A stretch of 64,000 nt of DNA from an uncultured Gemmatimonadales bacterium (GCA_963795085.1 CAWCFX010000003.1:128001-192000), one strand, 5' to 3'. Counted from the stretch's first letter, positions 1 through 9,985 are shown. Notes: generated by a model from the sequence alone, not told the origin. Numbers and translations: made by a program.

Positions 1-501
1 GAAATAGCCGCGGATCTCGTCCCGGGTGAAGAGCAGCAACGGCCGGACGATGTTGCCGCGCCGTGCGGCCATGCCCGCGAGGCCGGCCGGGCCGGTGCCG
101 TGAAGCAGGCGGATGAGCACGGTCTCCGCCTGGTCGTCGGCGTGGTGGGCCGTCATGACGTAGCGGGCCGACTCGGCCTCACGCATGGCTTCGAGGGCGG
201 CATAGCGCGCTTCCCGGGACAGCGTTTCGCCAGCGTCGGCGCCGAGCCCAAGCCGGGCGGTCAGACAGCGGAGCCCGTAGCTGCCGGCCTGGCGCTCCAC
301 CTCGGCCGCGACCCGGCCACTGTCGGGGTGGATACCATGATCGACATGGCCCACGACCAGGTAAAGCCCATGTCCCTCGACGCCCCGAACCAGGAGATCG
401 AGCAGGGCTACCGAGTCGGGGCCACCCGATACGGCAACGATGGCCCGGGCGCCCGGCGCCAGGCCGAGCGCGTCGAGGTGGCGCAGGAAGTTGTCCAGCA
501 T
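1..501 (-). CDS. tilS: tRNA(Ile)-lysidine synthetase, N-terminal part (runs off the left edge)
   Basis: Manual minus-strand translation from ATG at 501 gives MLDNFLRH...VAVSGGPDSVAL...AHVDHG...REARY...TAHHADDQAET...IVRPLL, the PP-loop and TilS motifs. Not in the ORF track because it is truncated. Confidence 0.93.
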   Translation of the reverse strand, partial: MLDNFLRHLDALGLAPGARAIVAVSGGPDSVALLDLLVRGVEGHGLYLVVGHVDHGIHPDSGRVAAEVERQAGSYGLRCLTARLGLGADAGETLSREARYAALEAMREAESARYVMTAHHADDQAETVLIRLLHGTGPAGLAGMAARRGNIVRPLLLFTRDEIRGYF

Positions 502-582
502 GGCTGAAAAATATAAGTCATTATCTGGTTAGCGCTGGCGGGGACACCGGGGTAACTTGAATTATTAGGAGCCTAACGTGGA

Positions 583-2142
583 ATGACTGAAACCAAGGGA
601 CCCAGCTTTATTCAGGACCCCATGGCCGCCGCCAAGCTGGCGGCCATCGTGGAGTCGTCGGTCGATGCGATTGTGAGCAAAACGCTTGATGGAACGGTTC
701 TCAGCTGGAATCGGGCTGCAGAACGGATTTTCGGGTACGCGGCGGACGAGATGGTCGGGCAGACAATTTACCGATTGATTCCACCAGATCTGCATGACGA
801 GGAATCTGACATCCTGGAGCGGATCGGCCGTGGCGAGCAGATCCAGCACTACGAAACCACCAGGATGCGCAAGGATGGTGTCCGGATCACGATCTCCCTG
901 ACGGTATCGCCGGTACTCGACCGCGACGGCCGAATCGTCGGCGCTGCCTCCATCAAGCGCGACATCACGGAAGCCAAGCGAACCGAGGAGGCCCTGCGCC
1001 AGGCAGCCAAGATGGAATCGATCGGCCGGCTGGCTGGAGGCCTGGCACACGACTTCAACAATCACCTGCACGCGCTGACCGGGTTTCTCCATTTTCTCAC
1101 CCGGGATCCAGGGCTGTCCCCAGGGTCCCAGGAGGATCTGGCCGAGGTCCGCCGGGTAACCGAGCGCATGGCGACTCTGACCCACCAGTTGCTGGCCTTC
1201 GCCCGGCAACAGGTGCTCTCCGTCGAGAATGTCGAGCTGTGCCAGATCATCGATGAGGCCGTCCCCATGCTGCGGCGCCTGATCGGGAGCAATTATTCCA
1301 TCGTGGCGACCCACCAGCCGGGGGAACGCTGGATCCGGCTCGACCGGGGACAGCTGGTCCAGGTTCTCATGAACCTGGTGACCAACGCCCGCGATTCCAT
1401 GGATGAAGGCGGCATCATCCGGATCTCGACCTCGACCCGGGCGGTAGCCCCCAACGAGTTTCGGGACGTGGCCCGGGATCCGATCGCCCCGGGCCGGTAT
1501 GCGGTTCTGGAGATCACCGACCAGGGCACCGGGATTGCGGCAGAAGACCTGCCCCGCATCTTCGAGCCTTTTTTTACCACGAAGGAGATCGGCCGGGGAA
1601 CCGGCCTGGGGTTGGCGACCGTCGAAGGCATCGTCTCGCAAAGCGGGGGTCACATCCAGCTTCAAAGCCGTCCGGGCGAGGGGGCGACATTTCGGATCTT
1701 CTTCCCGCTGGCGGAAACCGGGACCAGGACGCCACTACTCGAACATACTTCAGTCCGCAGCGGAACCGGCCGGGGGCGAATCCTGGTCGTCGATGACGAC
1801 GATAACGTGCGGCCCATCGTCGCCCGGCTCCTGGCCTCCGAGGGCTACGATGTCGCGGTCGCCGCCAGCGGTTTCGAAGCCCTGGCGCACCTGGAGCGCA
1901 CCGCCGGGGGCGTGGATCTCCTGATCACCGACATGGTTATGCCCGGGATGGGTGGGCGGGAATTGACCCGGCGAGTTGCGGCCAGCTACCCGGACCTCCC
2001 GGTGATCTGGATGTCAGGCTATCCCCGTGGAAGCGGGCCGCTGGCGGTACCCGAAGAAGCATCGGTGCACTTTCTTCCCAAGCCAATCGCGCCGGACCTG
2101 CTGTTCGCCGCAGCCCGGGTGGCCCTCCGCCAACCTGCCTAG
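583..2142 (+). CDS. PAS-domain hybrid sensor histidine kinase/response regulator
   Basis: PAS (IVESSVDAIVSK...WNRAAERIFGY), H-box GRLAGGLAHDFNNHL, N-box NLVTNARD, FEPFFTTK-GRGTGLGL, C-terminal receiver ILVVDDD...TDMVMP...KP. Confidence 0.93.
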   Translation: MTETKGPSFIQDPMAAAKLAAIVESSVDAIVSKTLDGTVLSWNRAAERIFGYAADEMVGQTIYRLIPPDLHDEESDILERIGRGEQIQHYETTRMRKDGVRITISLTVSPVLDRDGRIVGAASIKRDITEAKRTEEALRQAAKMESIGRLAGGLAHDFNNHLHALTGFLHFLTRDPGLSPGSQEDLAEVRRVTERMATLTHQLLAFARQQVLSVENVELCQIIDEAVPMLRRLIGSNYSIVATHQPGERWIRLDRGQLVQVLMNLVTNARDSMDEGGIIRISTSTRAVAPNEFRDVARDPIAPGRYAVLEITDQGTGIAAEDLPRIFEPFFTTKEIGRGTGLGLATVEGIVSQSGGHIQLQSRPGEGATFRIFFPLAETGTRTPLLEHTSVRSGTGRGRILVVDDDDNVRPIVARLLASEGYDVAVAASGFEALAHLERTAGGVDLLITDMVMPGMGGRELTRRVAASYPDLPVIWMSGYPRGSGPLAVPEEASVHFLPKPIAPDLLFAAARVALRQPA

Positions 2143-2151
2143 GAGTTTTCG

Positions 2152-3543
2152 ATGCGCCGCATCCTGCTGAGTGTGCTGGTGACGGTTTTCGTGCTGCCCC
2201 TCCACGCCCAGGCGGGGTCCCCCCGCGAACGCGAGCGGAGCCTCCTCCGCGAACTGGTCGAGATCAACACCAGCGATTCGGCCCGTCACACGGGGGAGGC
2301 GGCCCAGGCCATGGCCCGGCACCTGCTCGCGGCGGGGTTCCCGGCTGCCGACGTCCAGGTGCTGGAACTCTCGCCCGGGATTCACAGCCTGGTGGCCCGG
2401 CTGCGGGGACGGAACCCGTCGGCCAAGGCGATCCTCCTGATGGCCCATATCGACGTGGTGGACGCCCGAAAGGAGGACTGGTCGGTCGAGCCATACACGT
2501 TCCTTGAACGCGACGGGTACTACTACGGCCGGGGCAGCAGCGACAACAAGGCGGGGGCCGCGACACTGGTGGCCAATTTTCTTCGCTACCGGCGGGAGGG
2601 TTACCTGCCGGAGCGCGACCTGGTCATCGTTCTCACCGGTGACGAAGAGACCACCAGCGATGCCATCGCCACCCTGCTGTCGCAGCATCGCCCGCTGGTG
2701 GATGCCGAGTACGCCCTCAATACCGATGCGGGCGGCGGTGAGATCCACGACGGCAAGGCCACCCAGTTCGTGGTCCAGACCGCTGAGAAGGTGTACCTCT
2801 CGTTTCAGCTGGAAGTGCGCAACAAGGGCGGCCACAGTTCGCTCCCCGAGCCGGACAACGCCATTTACCGGCTGAGCCAGGCGCTCACCCGGCTCGCCGG
2901 CCACCAGTTTCCGGTCCGGCTTAACCCCACCACGCGGGCCTATCTCGAGCGGGCCTCTGCCAACCAGCTGCCCGCCATCGGGGCCGACATGCGAGCCGTG
3001 GCCCGGTCCGGCAGCCGGGACGCCGCGCGCCGGCTGGCCCAGGTGCCGTACTACAACTCGATTCTCCGCACCACCTGCGTGGCCACCCGGCTCTTCGCCG
3101 GGCACGCCGACAACGCCCTGCCCCAGTTGGCCCGCGCGACGGTGAATTGCCGGCTGCTGCCGGACGAATCGCCGGACAGCGTGGCGGCGACCCTGTCCCG
3201 GGTCTTCGCGGACACCGCCGTGCATCTCAGCCAGATCGCCCCGCCCACCCCCAGTCCCGCCTCGCCCCTGCGGCCCGACGTCATGGGGGCCGTCGAGGCG
3301 CTGGCCCGGGAACAGTGGCCCGACGCCGCGATCGTGCCGGAGATGTCCACTGGCGCCACCGACGGGCTCTATGTCCGGAACGCGGGGATCCCGGTGTATG
3401 GGGTGAGCGCGGTATTCGAGCGAATTGACGATGTCCGGGCCCACGGGCGGGACGAGCGGATCGGGGTCGAGGCCTTTCACGACGCCGCCAATTTCTGGTA
3501 TCGGCTGGTGAAGACACTGGGGTCTTCGGTTGCTTCCCCCTGA
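2152..3543 (+). CDS. Secreted M20/M25/M40 family metallopeptidase
   Basis: Signal peptide ending AQA; metal ligand motifs AHIDVV, GRGSSDNK, GDEE, GGHSS, AHGRDER. Confidence 0.9.
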   Translation: MRRILLSVLVTVFVLPLHAQAGSPRERERSLLRELVEINTSDSARHTGEAAQAMARHLLAAGFPAADVQVLELSPGIHSLVARLRGRNPSAKAILLMAHIDVVDARKEDWSVEPYTFLERDGYYYGRGSSDNKAGAATLVANFLRYRREGYLPERDLVIVLTGDEETTSDAIATLLSQHRPLVDAEYALNTDAGGGEIHDGKATQFVVQTAEKVYLSFQLEVRNKGGHSSLPEPDNAIYRLSQALTRLAGHQFPVRLNPTTRAYLERASANQLPAIGADMRAVARSGSRDAARRLAQVPYYNSILRTTCVATRLFAGHADNALPQLARATVNCRLLPDESPDSVAATLSRVFADTAVHLSQIAPPTPSPASPLRPDVMGAVEALAREQWPDAAIVPEMSTGATDGLYVRNAGIPVYGVSAVFERIDDVRAHGRDERIGVEAFHDAANFWYRLVKTLGSSVASP

Positions 3544-3681
3544 CTTCACCCCTCCCCCTCGCCACGAGCGGAGCGAGCGGGGGCGGCGACAGTCCGTCGG
3601 TCTATTGCGCCCCCCCGCGGCGTTGGGTATGGTATTGCAGTCCCTGTAACCCCTGAATCCAGCTGATCGTTTCTTTCACCT

Positions 3682-4386
3682 ATGCCGGGAGGTACTGTGC
3701 CTAGAAGTCACAGGTTTGTTCGGATGGCGGCGTTGAGCCTGGGTGTGGCGCTGGTGGCGAGCTTCGCGGCGCGGCCCGCCGCCGCGCAGGGCATCACCTT
3801 TACGCCCTTTGTGGGCAGCTTCTATTCGCTCGGCAAGTACTTCGATGCCGACATCGACCTGGGCAACTTTGGCGGCTCCGGCACCGCGAACTTCACCATG
3901 GAACAGACCAACACGGTGGCCTTCGGCGCCCGGCTGGCCTTCCCGATCGGCGCGACCCTGTCGCTCGAGGGCGAGGGAACCTATTCCAGCAGCGAGGTCC
4001 GCTTTACCGGCACCGACGCGGCCGGCCCCGGGGTGGACCTGGCGACCAACCTCAAGGGCAGCGTGATCACCGGCAGCCTGCGCGGCGTGCTGCGCCCCCG
4101 GCGGAGCAACCTGAACCTGATCGCCGGCGTGGCGGTGGTCAGCCACGGGGGTGACGCGTGGGATTTCGACACCAACGACAAACTGACCAATATCGGCGGC
4201 GTGGTGGGATTCGGGCTCCGGGCCAACGTCACGCCCAAGCTGGCCCTGAACATCACGGCGGAGGCGTTCCTCTACTCCTTCGACCCCGATGAGTCCGACG
4301 ACACCCAGAACGGGTTCTTCAAGGAGAAGATGCAGTCGGACCTGATCGTGTCGATCGGAATTCCGATTCAGTTGACGGGGAGATGA
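3682..4386 (+). CDS. Outer-membrane beta-barrel protein (start may be the ATG at 3724)
   Basis: Signal peptide ending AAAQ, then alternating hydrophobic/polar beta-strand pattern and a C-terminal strand. Confidence 0.65.
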   Translation: MPGGTVPRSHRFVRMAALSLGVALVASFAARPAAAQGITFTPFVGSFYSLGKYFDADIDLGNFGGSGTANFTMEQTNTVAFGARLAFPIGATLSLEGEGTYSSSEVRFTGTDAAGPGVDLATNLKGSVITGSLRGVLRPRRSNLNLIAGVAVVSHGGDAWDFDTNDKLTNIGGVVGFGLRANVTPKLALNITAEAFLYSFDPDESDDTQNGFFKEKMQSDLIVSIGIPIQLTGR

Positions 4387-4451
4387 TCGACGAGTGACCA
4401 GTAGCCATTGACGCGGGATTCCCGACGTGCGACCGGGATGACGATCAACAA

Positions 4452-4517
4452 AAGTGACAGGTGGCCGGGGGCAGCCTGCCCCGGTTTCCTGTCACTTGTC
4501 ACATGTCAGCCGTCACG
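4452..4517. repeat. Intergenic hairpin plus heptamer tandem repeat between convergent genes (possible terminator)
   Basis: AAGTGACAGG (4452-4461) pairs with CCTGTCACTT (4488-4497) around an inner GC stem; heptamers TGTCACT TGTCACA TGTCAGC CGTCACG at 4490-4517. Confidence 0.6.
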
Positions 4518-4526
4518 GGCTGGGGC

Positions 4527-7500
4527 CTACTGGGGGTTCACCACTGGCGCCGGCGCCGGCCTGGCCGCGAGGCTGCCATCGCCCAGTTGGCCCCGGGCGT
4601 TCTCGCCCCAGCAGAAAACCTGGGACGCCGTCGCCGCGCAGGTGTGGTTCCCCCCCGCCGTGATCCCCGTGAAGGAGCCTTCGGCCGCGACCTTCACTGG
4701 CCGGCCCCGGTTCCCGCGAGACCCGTCGCCCACCTGGCCCCGGCCGTTACCGCCCCAACAGTAGATCGCGCCTCCGCCGGTCCGCCCGCACGTGTGGGAG
4801 GTGCCGAGGCTCAGCTCTTCGAAACTGAGCCCGGTCGCCACCTCGACCGGCTTGGTGCGGTCGCTGCTGCTGCCATCGCCGACCTGCCCCGCCCGGTTGT
4901 CGCCCCAGCAATAGGCCTTGCCCCCCGCGGCCAGCGCGCAGGAATGGGTTCCTCCAGCATAGATCTTCGAGAACTTGACGCCGGCAGCATCGACTTCGAT
5001 GGGGCTCCGCTCATTGCTCAGCTGGCCGTATCCCAGCTGGCCGGAGAAACCATCTCCCCAGCAATAGGCCTTGCCATCGGTGCTGATTCCGCAGGAGTGG
5101 CTCCCCCCAGCAGCCACGTCGCTGAACGCCAGGTTGGGCACCGGAGTCGGCCGGGTGCGACCGCTGGTGGTGCCATCGCCCAGTTGGCCGCTGCCGTTGT
5201 CGCCCCAGCAGAGGACTCGTCCCCCACCAGCCAGCCCGCAGGCATGGCGTCCTCCCGCGCGGATGGAGCGGAAGCTGGTACCCCCGGCCACCGCCACCGG
5301 GTTCACCCTGGTGTTATTGGTGCTCCCATCGCCAATCTGGCCCTTGTTGTTCTGGCCCCAGCACCAGGCCTCGCCGCCGGAGGTGAGGCCGCAGGTAAAG
5401 GCGCCGCCGGAACTCAGGCGGTTGAACCGCACGCCGGATTCCAGCACGGTCGGGGACTGGGCACCGCCGCCCCAGCAGGCGGCCGCCCCGCCGGGCAGCA
5501 ACCCGCAGGTATGCACACCGCCCGCTGCGAGAGATCCGCGCGGGGCGGCGCCACCGCTGACGGGTGGCGGATTGTCGGGAGGAGGCTGGGCCCGGCCGGT
5601 ATCGACGGCCGCGATGGCGGGGCGCGTAACCGCCAGGTTGGCGGTGAGGCTTTTCCCTTCGCTGGTCGCGGTGATCCGCGCCGTGCCCGCCCCGATGGCC
5701 GTGACCCGGCCGGTGGACGTCACGGTCGCGACCTGAGTATTGCTGGAACTCCAGGCCACCGGCCGGTCGCTGAGCGGTGCGCCGCGGCTGTCACGAACGG
5801 TGACGGCGAGCTGAAACGCCTCACCCACCGGGAGGGAGGCGGGGAGCGAGGTAAGCACCAGGGATCCCACCGGGACGCGTGCTACCACCACCCGCACGGC
5901 GGTCCGCTTGTCATCGCTCGCCGCGGTGATCGTGGTGTTCCCGGAACCAACGGCGGTCACCTGTCCGGTCGGCGACACCGTCGCCACGGCAGGATCGCTG
6001 GACACCCAGCTCGGGGTCCGGTCCCGGATGGCGCCGCCCCGGGCGTCCTTCAATTCGGCGGCCAGCTGCAGCCGCTCGCCCACCTCCAGTTCACCGCCGT
6101 TGGGACTCACCGACACCGTGGCGACATCCTGCCGGGTGAGCACGACAGTGACACTGGCCGTGGCCGACTTGCCGTCCGCCGTGGCGGTGAGGGTCGCGGT
6201 GCCCACGGCGACGCCGGTCACCGTCCCGTTCGCCGCCACGTCGGCGACGCCGCGGCTGCTGCTGGTCCATTGGACCGGCCGGTCCAGGGCGTTGCCCCGG
6301 GCGTCGCGCGGCTCGGCGGCCAGCTGGACCGTCCCGCCCACTTCCAGGGAACTGCGAGAGGGAGTGACCGACACGGCGGCCACCGCGGCGGGGGCAACCG
6401 TCAGATTGACGACGGCGCTCTTGCCCTCGCTGCTCGCGGTGATTGCCACGGTGCCCGCGCTCCGCGCGGTGAGGAGGCCCGCGGTCGAAACCTGGGCCAC
6501 CGCCGGGTTGCTGCTGGTCCAGGTTACCGGACGGCCCGTCAGCGGGGCACCGGCCTGGTCCTTGAGATCGACCGCCAGCTGCCGGGATTCCCCCTCCTGC
6601 ATGGACGAGGGGACCCGGGGGATGGCGAGCGTTGCCACGGGGACGTGACCGGCCGCCTGGGTTCCCTGCACCGTCAGGCTGGCGGTTCCCCGTAACCCTC
6701 CGGCATCGACGATGATGGTCGCGCTGCCGCCGCCCACCGCCCTGATGTAGTTGCCCGACACCACCGCGACGGCAGGGTTGTCGGACGTCCAGGCCACTGG
6801 ACGTGGATCGGCGACTTCCTGGTTGGAAGAGTCCCGAAACTGCGCCTGCATCAGCACCGAGTCGCCCACGTTCAAGCTGGCGGCGGCGGGCCGGGCCTCC
6901 ACCGCGACCGCGACGCCGGGGGCTGCCGCCGATGTCCCACCCCGGCCGGGGGCAAAACCGAACTTCCATACCGCCGCGGCCACGAGGAGCGCGCCCACCA
7001 CCCCGCCCACCAGGGGCATCCGGGACTTCTTCGCGGGGGCGGCGACGGGAACCGGCCGGGGAACCGGTGCGGGTTCTACCAACGGCGTGGGAACCGCGTC
7101 GATGCGCTGGGTCGACGCCTCCGGTACGGAGACAACGGGGACCTCCGCCGGGGGCGGTGGAGCCACCGGCACGGCGACCGGCGCCGCCACCCGGACTTCC
7201 GCGGTTGCCTTTTTCCCCTCGGCGGCCGCGCTGATAATCGATGTCCCTGCCGCCAGTCCCGCGACCGACCCGTCCCCGCTGACCGAGGCCACGGCGGCAT
7301 TGCTCGAGGTCCAGGCGATCGCCCGTTCCGGAAGCGCCTTGCCCCGTTCGTCCCGCGCCTCGGCGGCAAACCGGAAGTGCTCGCCGACCTTGATTGAGCC
7401 GTTTCTGGGCGTCAGCTCGATGGTCGCGACGGGGACCGGAATGACGTTGACGGCGGCCCGGGCACTCCGGCCTTCCGCCGTCGCCTGGATCTCGGTGCTT

Positions 7501-9305
7501 CCCGGACTTACCGCGGTCACTTCGCCAGCACCGGTCACCTTGGCGACGGCGGGATTCCGCGAGATCCATTCGACCTGACGCCCGGCAAGCAGGTGGCCCC
7601 GCTGGTCCTTGAGTACCGCGGTCAGCCGTTCGCTCCGGCCCACGGTGAGCCCCAGCACCGCCGAAGAGAGTTCCACCACCGCCACCGGCGCCGCGACCAC
7701 CGCGATCTCGCCGGTTCCCTGCTTGCCTTCACAGGCGGCGGTGATGCGGGCGGTACCGGGCGCCGCCGCCGCGACCAGCCCGGCCGCGGACACGGTCGCC
7801 ACGGCGGGCTGGCTGGAACTCCAGGTGATGGATCGGCCGGTGATGGCCTTGCCCTGCGGGTCGCGCAGCGTCGCGCTCAGTTGCAGCGTCGCGCCGGTCT
7901 CCACGGAGCCGGTGGCGGGCGCCACCACTACCGCGGCAACCGGAACCGGAGCGATCAGCAGCTGGCAAGTGGCGGAGTGCGCCTCGACCGAGCCCGTCAC
8001 CACCACGTCGCCGGGCGCCAGCGCCGTCACCAGTCCGGTCGCCGATACCGTCGCCAGCGCCGGGTTGCCGCTGCTCCAGGCCACCTCGCGGCCGGCCACG
8101 GTATCGCCATTCATGTCCTGAATCATCGCCGACAGCTGCAGGGTGTCGCCCGCCGCCAGGTTGGCGCTCCGAGGGGAGACCGCGACAGAACCTACGGCCG
8201 CGATGACCTCGGTCCTCGCCTTGCCGCTGGCGCGGGTCGGTGGCACCAGGCTGGTGGGGGTTTTCATTTCGTCCAGCAGCCGCTGGTTGAGGCTGCTCTT
8301 GGCCAGGCCCACCATCTGCTGGTGAATGGGGTCGTCGTGCGCCAGGGCCGAGGCGCCCATTGCCGCAATGGCCTCCTCGATACTGGGCCAACGGGCGTCC
8401 GGCTGCTTTTCGATCATGCGGAGCACCGCCGCCTCCAGGTCGGGCGGGCAATCAGGACGGTGTTCGCGGATCGGGCGGGGCGGATCGTTAAAGTGCTGCC
8501 ACATGATCGCCATCGCGGTATCGGCGACAAAGGGCTGCTTGCCGGTGATCATCTCGTAGGCGACGATGCCGAGCGAGTACTGGTCGGACCGGCCGGTCAC
8601 TTCCTTGGCGGCGCACTGCTCCGGGCTCATGTAGGAGGGAGTCCCCACCGCCACTCCGGTCATGGTGAGGCCCTGGGTCTCGGCGACCTTGGCGATGCCG
8701 AAGTCGGTCACCACCGGCCAGCCTTCATCGTCGATCATGATGTTGGCGGGCTTGATGTCCCGATGAATGATTCCGCGGCGATGGGCGTAGCCGAGGGCAC
8801 TCCCCACCTGGGAGAGGACGGCACGGGCCATGGGAATCGGCAGCGGGCCCACCTGCCGGATGATGTCGTCGAGCGGCCGCCCGGCCACGAACTTCATCAC
8901 GAAATAGAGAACCCGCCCGGCTTCCTTGACGGCGTAGATCGGAATGATGTGGGGGTGGCTGAGCGACGCGGCAGTGCGGGCTTCCCGGCGGAAACGTTCG
9001 GCCATACCCTCGCCGAACATGAGTTGCGGCGCCATGACCTTGATGGCGACTTTGCGATCGAGCGAGATCTCGTGGGCCAGGTACACCGTGGCCATGCCGC
9101 CGCGGCCCAGTTCGGCCAGAACCTCGTACTCGCCCAGGGTGGCGCGACGGAGGATCTCCAGGCCGGACTCTTCCGGGGGCATGGAGGGCATGCGGGCGGT
9201 GGCGACGTTGCCCTGTTCGCCGGAAACGTCGGAACCGCACCGGGTGCAGAACCGGGCGCCAGGAGTAATGGGCTGGCCACAACGCGCGCAGGCCTGAGCG
9301 TTCAT
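4527..9305 (-). CDS. Ser/Thr protein kinase with N-terminal zinc ribbon, 9 Ig-like (Big_2-type) repeats, one TM helix and C-terminal RCC1-like repeats
   Basis: CARC...CTRC; ELGRGGMATVY, VAIK, HRDIKPAN, DFG, GTPSYMSPE; repeats of type WSSSNPAVATVSATGLVTA; TM MPLVGGVVGALLVAAAVW; repeats AGGxHTC...CWGxNxxGQLGDG. Confidence 0.92.
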   Translation of the reverse strand: MNAQACARCGQPITPGARFCTRCGSDVSGEQGNVATARMPSMPPEESGLEILRRATLGEYEVLAELGRGGMATVYLAHEISLDRKVAIKVMAPQLMFGEGMAERFRREARTAASLSHPHIIPIYAVKEAGRVLYFVMKFVAGRPLDDIIRQVGPLPIPMARAVLSQVGSALGYAHRRGIIHRDIKPANIMIDDEGWPVVTDFGIAKVAETQGLTMTGVAVGTPSYMSPEQCAAKEVTGRSDQYSLGIVAYEMITGKQPFVADTAMAIMWQHFNDPPRPIREHRPDCPPDLEAAVLRMIEKQPDARWPSIEEAIAAMGASALAHDDPIHQQMVGLAKSSLNQRLLDEMKTPTSLVPPTRASGKARTEVIAAVGSVAVSPRSANLAAGDTLQLSAMIQDMNGDTVAGREVAWSSGNPALATVSATGLVTALAPGDVVVTGSVEAHSATCQLLIAPVPVAAVVVAPATGSVETGATLQLSATLRDPQGKAITGRSITWSSSQPAVATVSAAGLVAAAAPGTARITAACEGKQGTGEIAVVAAPVAVVELSSAVLGLTVGRSERLTAVLKDQRGHLLAGRQVEWISRNPAVAKVTGAGEVTAVSPGSTEIQATAEGRSARAAVNVIPVPVATIELTPRNGSIKVGEHFRFAAEARDERGKALPERAIAWTSSNAAVASVSGDGSVAGLAAGTSIISAAAEGKKATAEVRVAAPVAVPVAPPPPAEVPVVSVPEASTQRIDAVPTPLVEPAPVPRPVPVAAPAKKSRMPLVGGVVGALLVAAAVWKFGFAPGRGGTSAAAPGVAVAVEARPAAASLNVGDSVLMQAQFRDSSNQEVADPRPVAWTSDNPAVAVVSGNYIRAVGGGSATIIVDAGGLRGTASLTVQGTQAAGHVPVATLAIPRVPSSMQEGESRQLAVDLKDQAGAPLTGRPVTWTSSNPAVAQVSTAGLLTARSAGTVAITASSEGKSAVVNLTVAPAAVAAVSVTPSRSSLEVGGTVQLAAEPRDARGNALDRPVQWTSSSRGVADVAANGTVTGVAVGTATLTATADGKSATASVTVVLTRQDVATVSVSPNGGELEVGERLQLAAELKDARGGAIRDRTPSWVSSDPAVATVSPTGQVTAVGSGNTTITAASDDKRTAVRVVVARVPVGSLVLTSLPASLPVGEAFQLAVTVRDSRGAPLSDRPVAWSSSNTQVATVTSTGRVTAIGAGTARITATSEGKSLTANLAVTRPAIAAVDTGRAQPPPDNPPPVSGGAAPRGSLAAGGVHTCGLLPGGAAACWGGGAQSPTVLESGVRFNRLSSGGAFTCGLTSGGEAWCWGQNNKGQIGDGSTNNTRVNPVAVAGGTSFRSIRAGGRHACGLAGGGRVLCWGDNGSGQLGDGTTSGRTRPTPVPNLAFSDVAAGGSHSCGISTDGKAYCWGDGFSGQLGYGQLSNERSPIEVDAAGVKFSKIYAGGTHSCALAAGGKAYCWGDNRAGQVGDGSSSDRTKPVEVATGLSFEELSLGTSHTCGRTGGGAIYCWGGNGRGQVGDGSRGNRGRPVKVAAEGSFTGITAGGNHTCAATASQVFCWGENARGQLGDGSLAARPAPAPVVNPQ

Positions 9306-9547
9306 GGATCGTGATCGAAAGTGATAGAACAGAATAGCTTAGCACCCAGGGCCGCGCCAGTGTGGCGAGGCCGAGGTGGGATTGATCTAGCCGGCGCGGG
9401 AGGGGTCGATGAGCGAGGCTACGGAAAACGCCAGCGGCTGCCGGCTGAAAGCCGGGCACCCGAAAACCCGGCGCTCAACAAGGGACCGACTGATCCAGAC
9501 CGAAGGCCAGGAGCGCAGGGCTCGACTGACCTTCCCGGATCGGAGAC

Positions 9548-9748
9548 CTAGAACTCGGCGCCGCCGCCGACGGGGGTGCTGTCGGCCGTCTCGTCCGAGC
9601 CGCCTAGCAGGCTCTTCCAGCTGACCTCGTTACCCTTGCGATGTCCCTTCTGGGTGATCTTGAGGCCCTCGGGCGAGATCGCGATCATGTACGCCTGACC
9701 GTCTATTTCCAGCTCCCGCTTGATCGTCTTGTCCAGTTTCGTTGCCAT
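9548..9748 (-). CDS. Small hypothetical protein (66 aa, Lys-rich)
   Basis: Protein-like composition unlike neighbouring shadow ORFs; RBS-like GGAAAGG upstream. Confidence 0.75.
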   Translation of the reverse strand: MATKLDKTIKRELEIDGQAYMIAISPEGLKITQKGHRKGNEVSWKSLLGGSDETADSTPVGGGAEF

Positions 9749-9985
9749 GGTTTAGCCTTTCCATCTTCGGAGGATCGTGGTCGGGTGGAGCGAAACCCCA
9801 ACAACTAAACCCTTTCCGAAGTCCACGGCAACCCACCCAATCGGCACTTAACCCCCGACCCCGGGCCCAAAAGGGCCCTCACCCAGGTCATTGCGAGGGC
9901 CAGCCTAACGCCGTTCCCACTCCGGAGCCCGATCGTTCCGCCCGAAGGCGCCGCGCTCCAGCACCCTCATGCCCGTTGCCAACCT

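Noticed and set aside
3605..3671. Promoter upstream of the beta-barrel gene
   Set aside because: Sigma70-like (TTGCGC-N17-TATGGT), sigma54-like and ECF-like matches all occur here and cannot be distinguished, so none was called.
4527..8200. Repetitive DNA that could be a CRISPR array or DGR template/variable repeat pair
   Set aside because: The repeats are degenerate protein-domain repeats; there are no identical spaced repeats, cas genes or reverse transcriptase.
9321..9551. 76-aa plus-strand ORF in the intergenic region next to the kinase
   Set aside because: No RBS or recognisable motif and low-complexity composition; the region is treated as non-coding.
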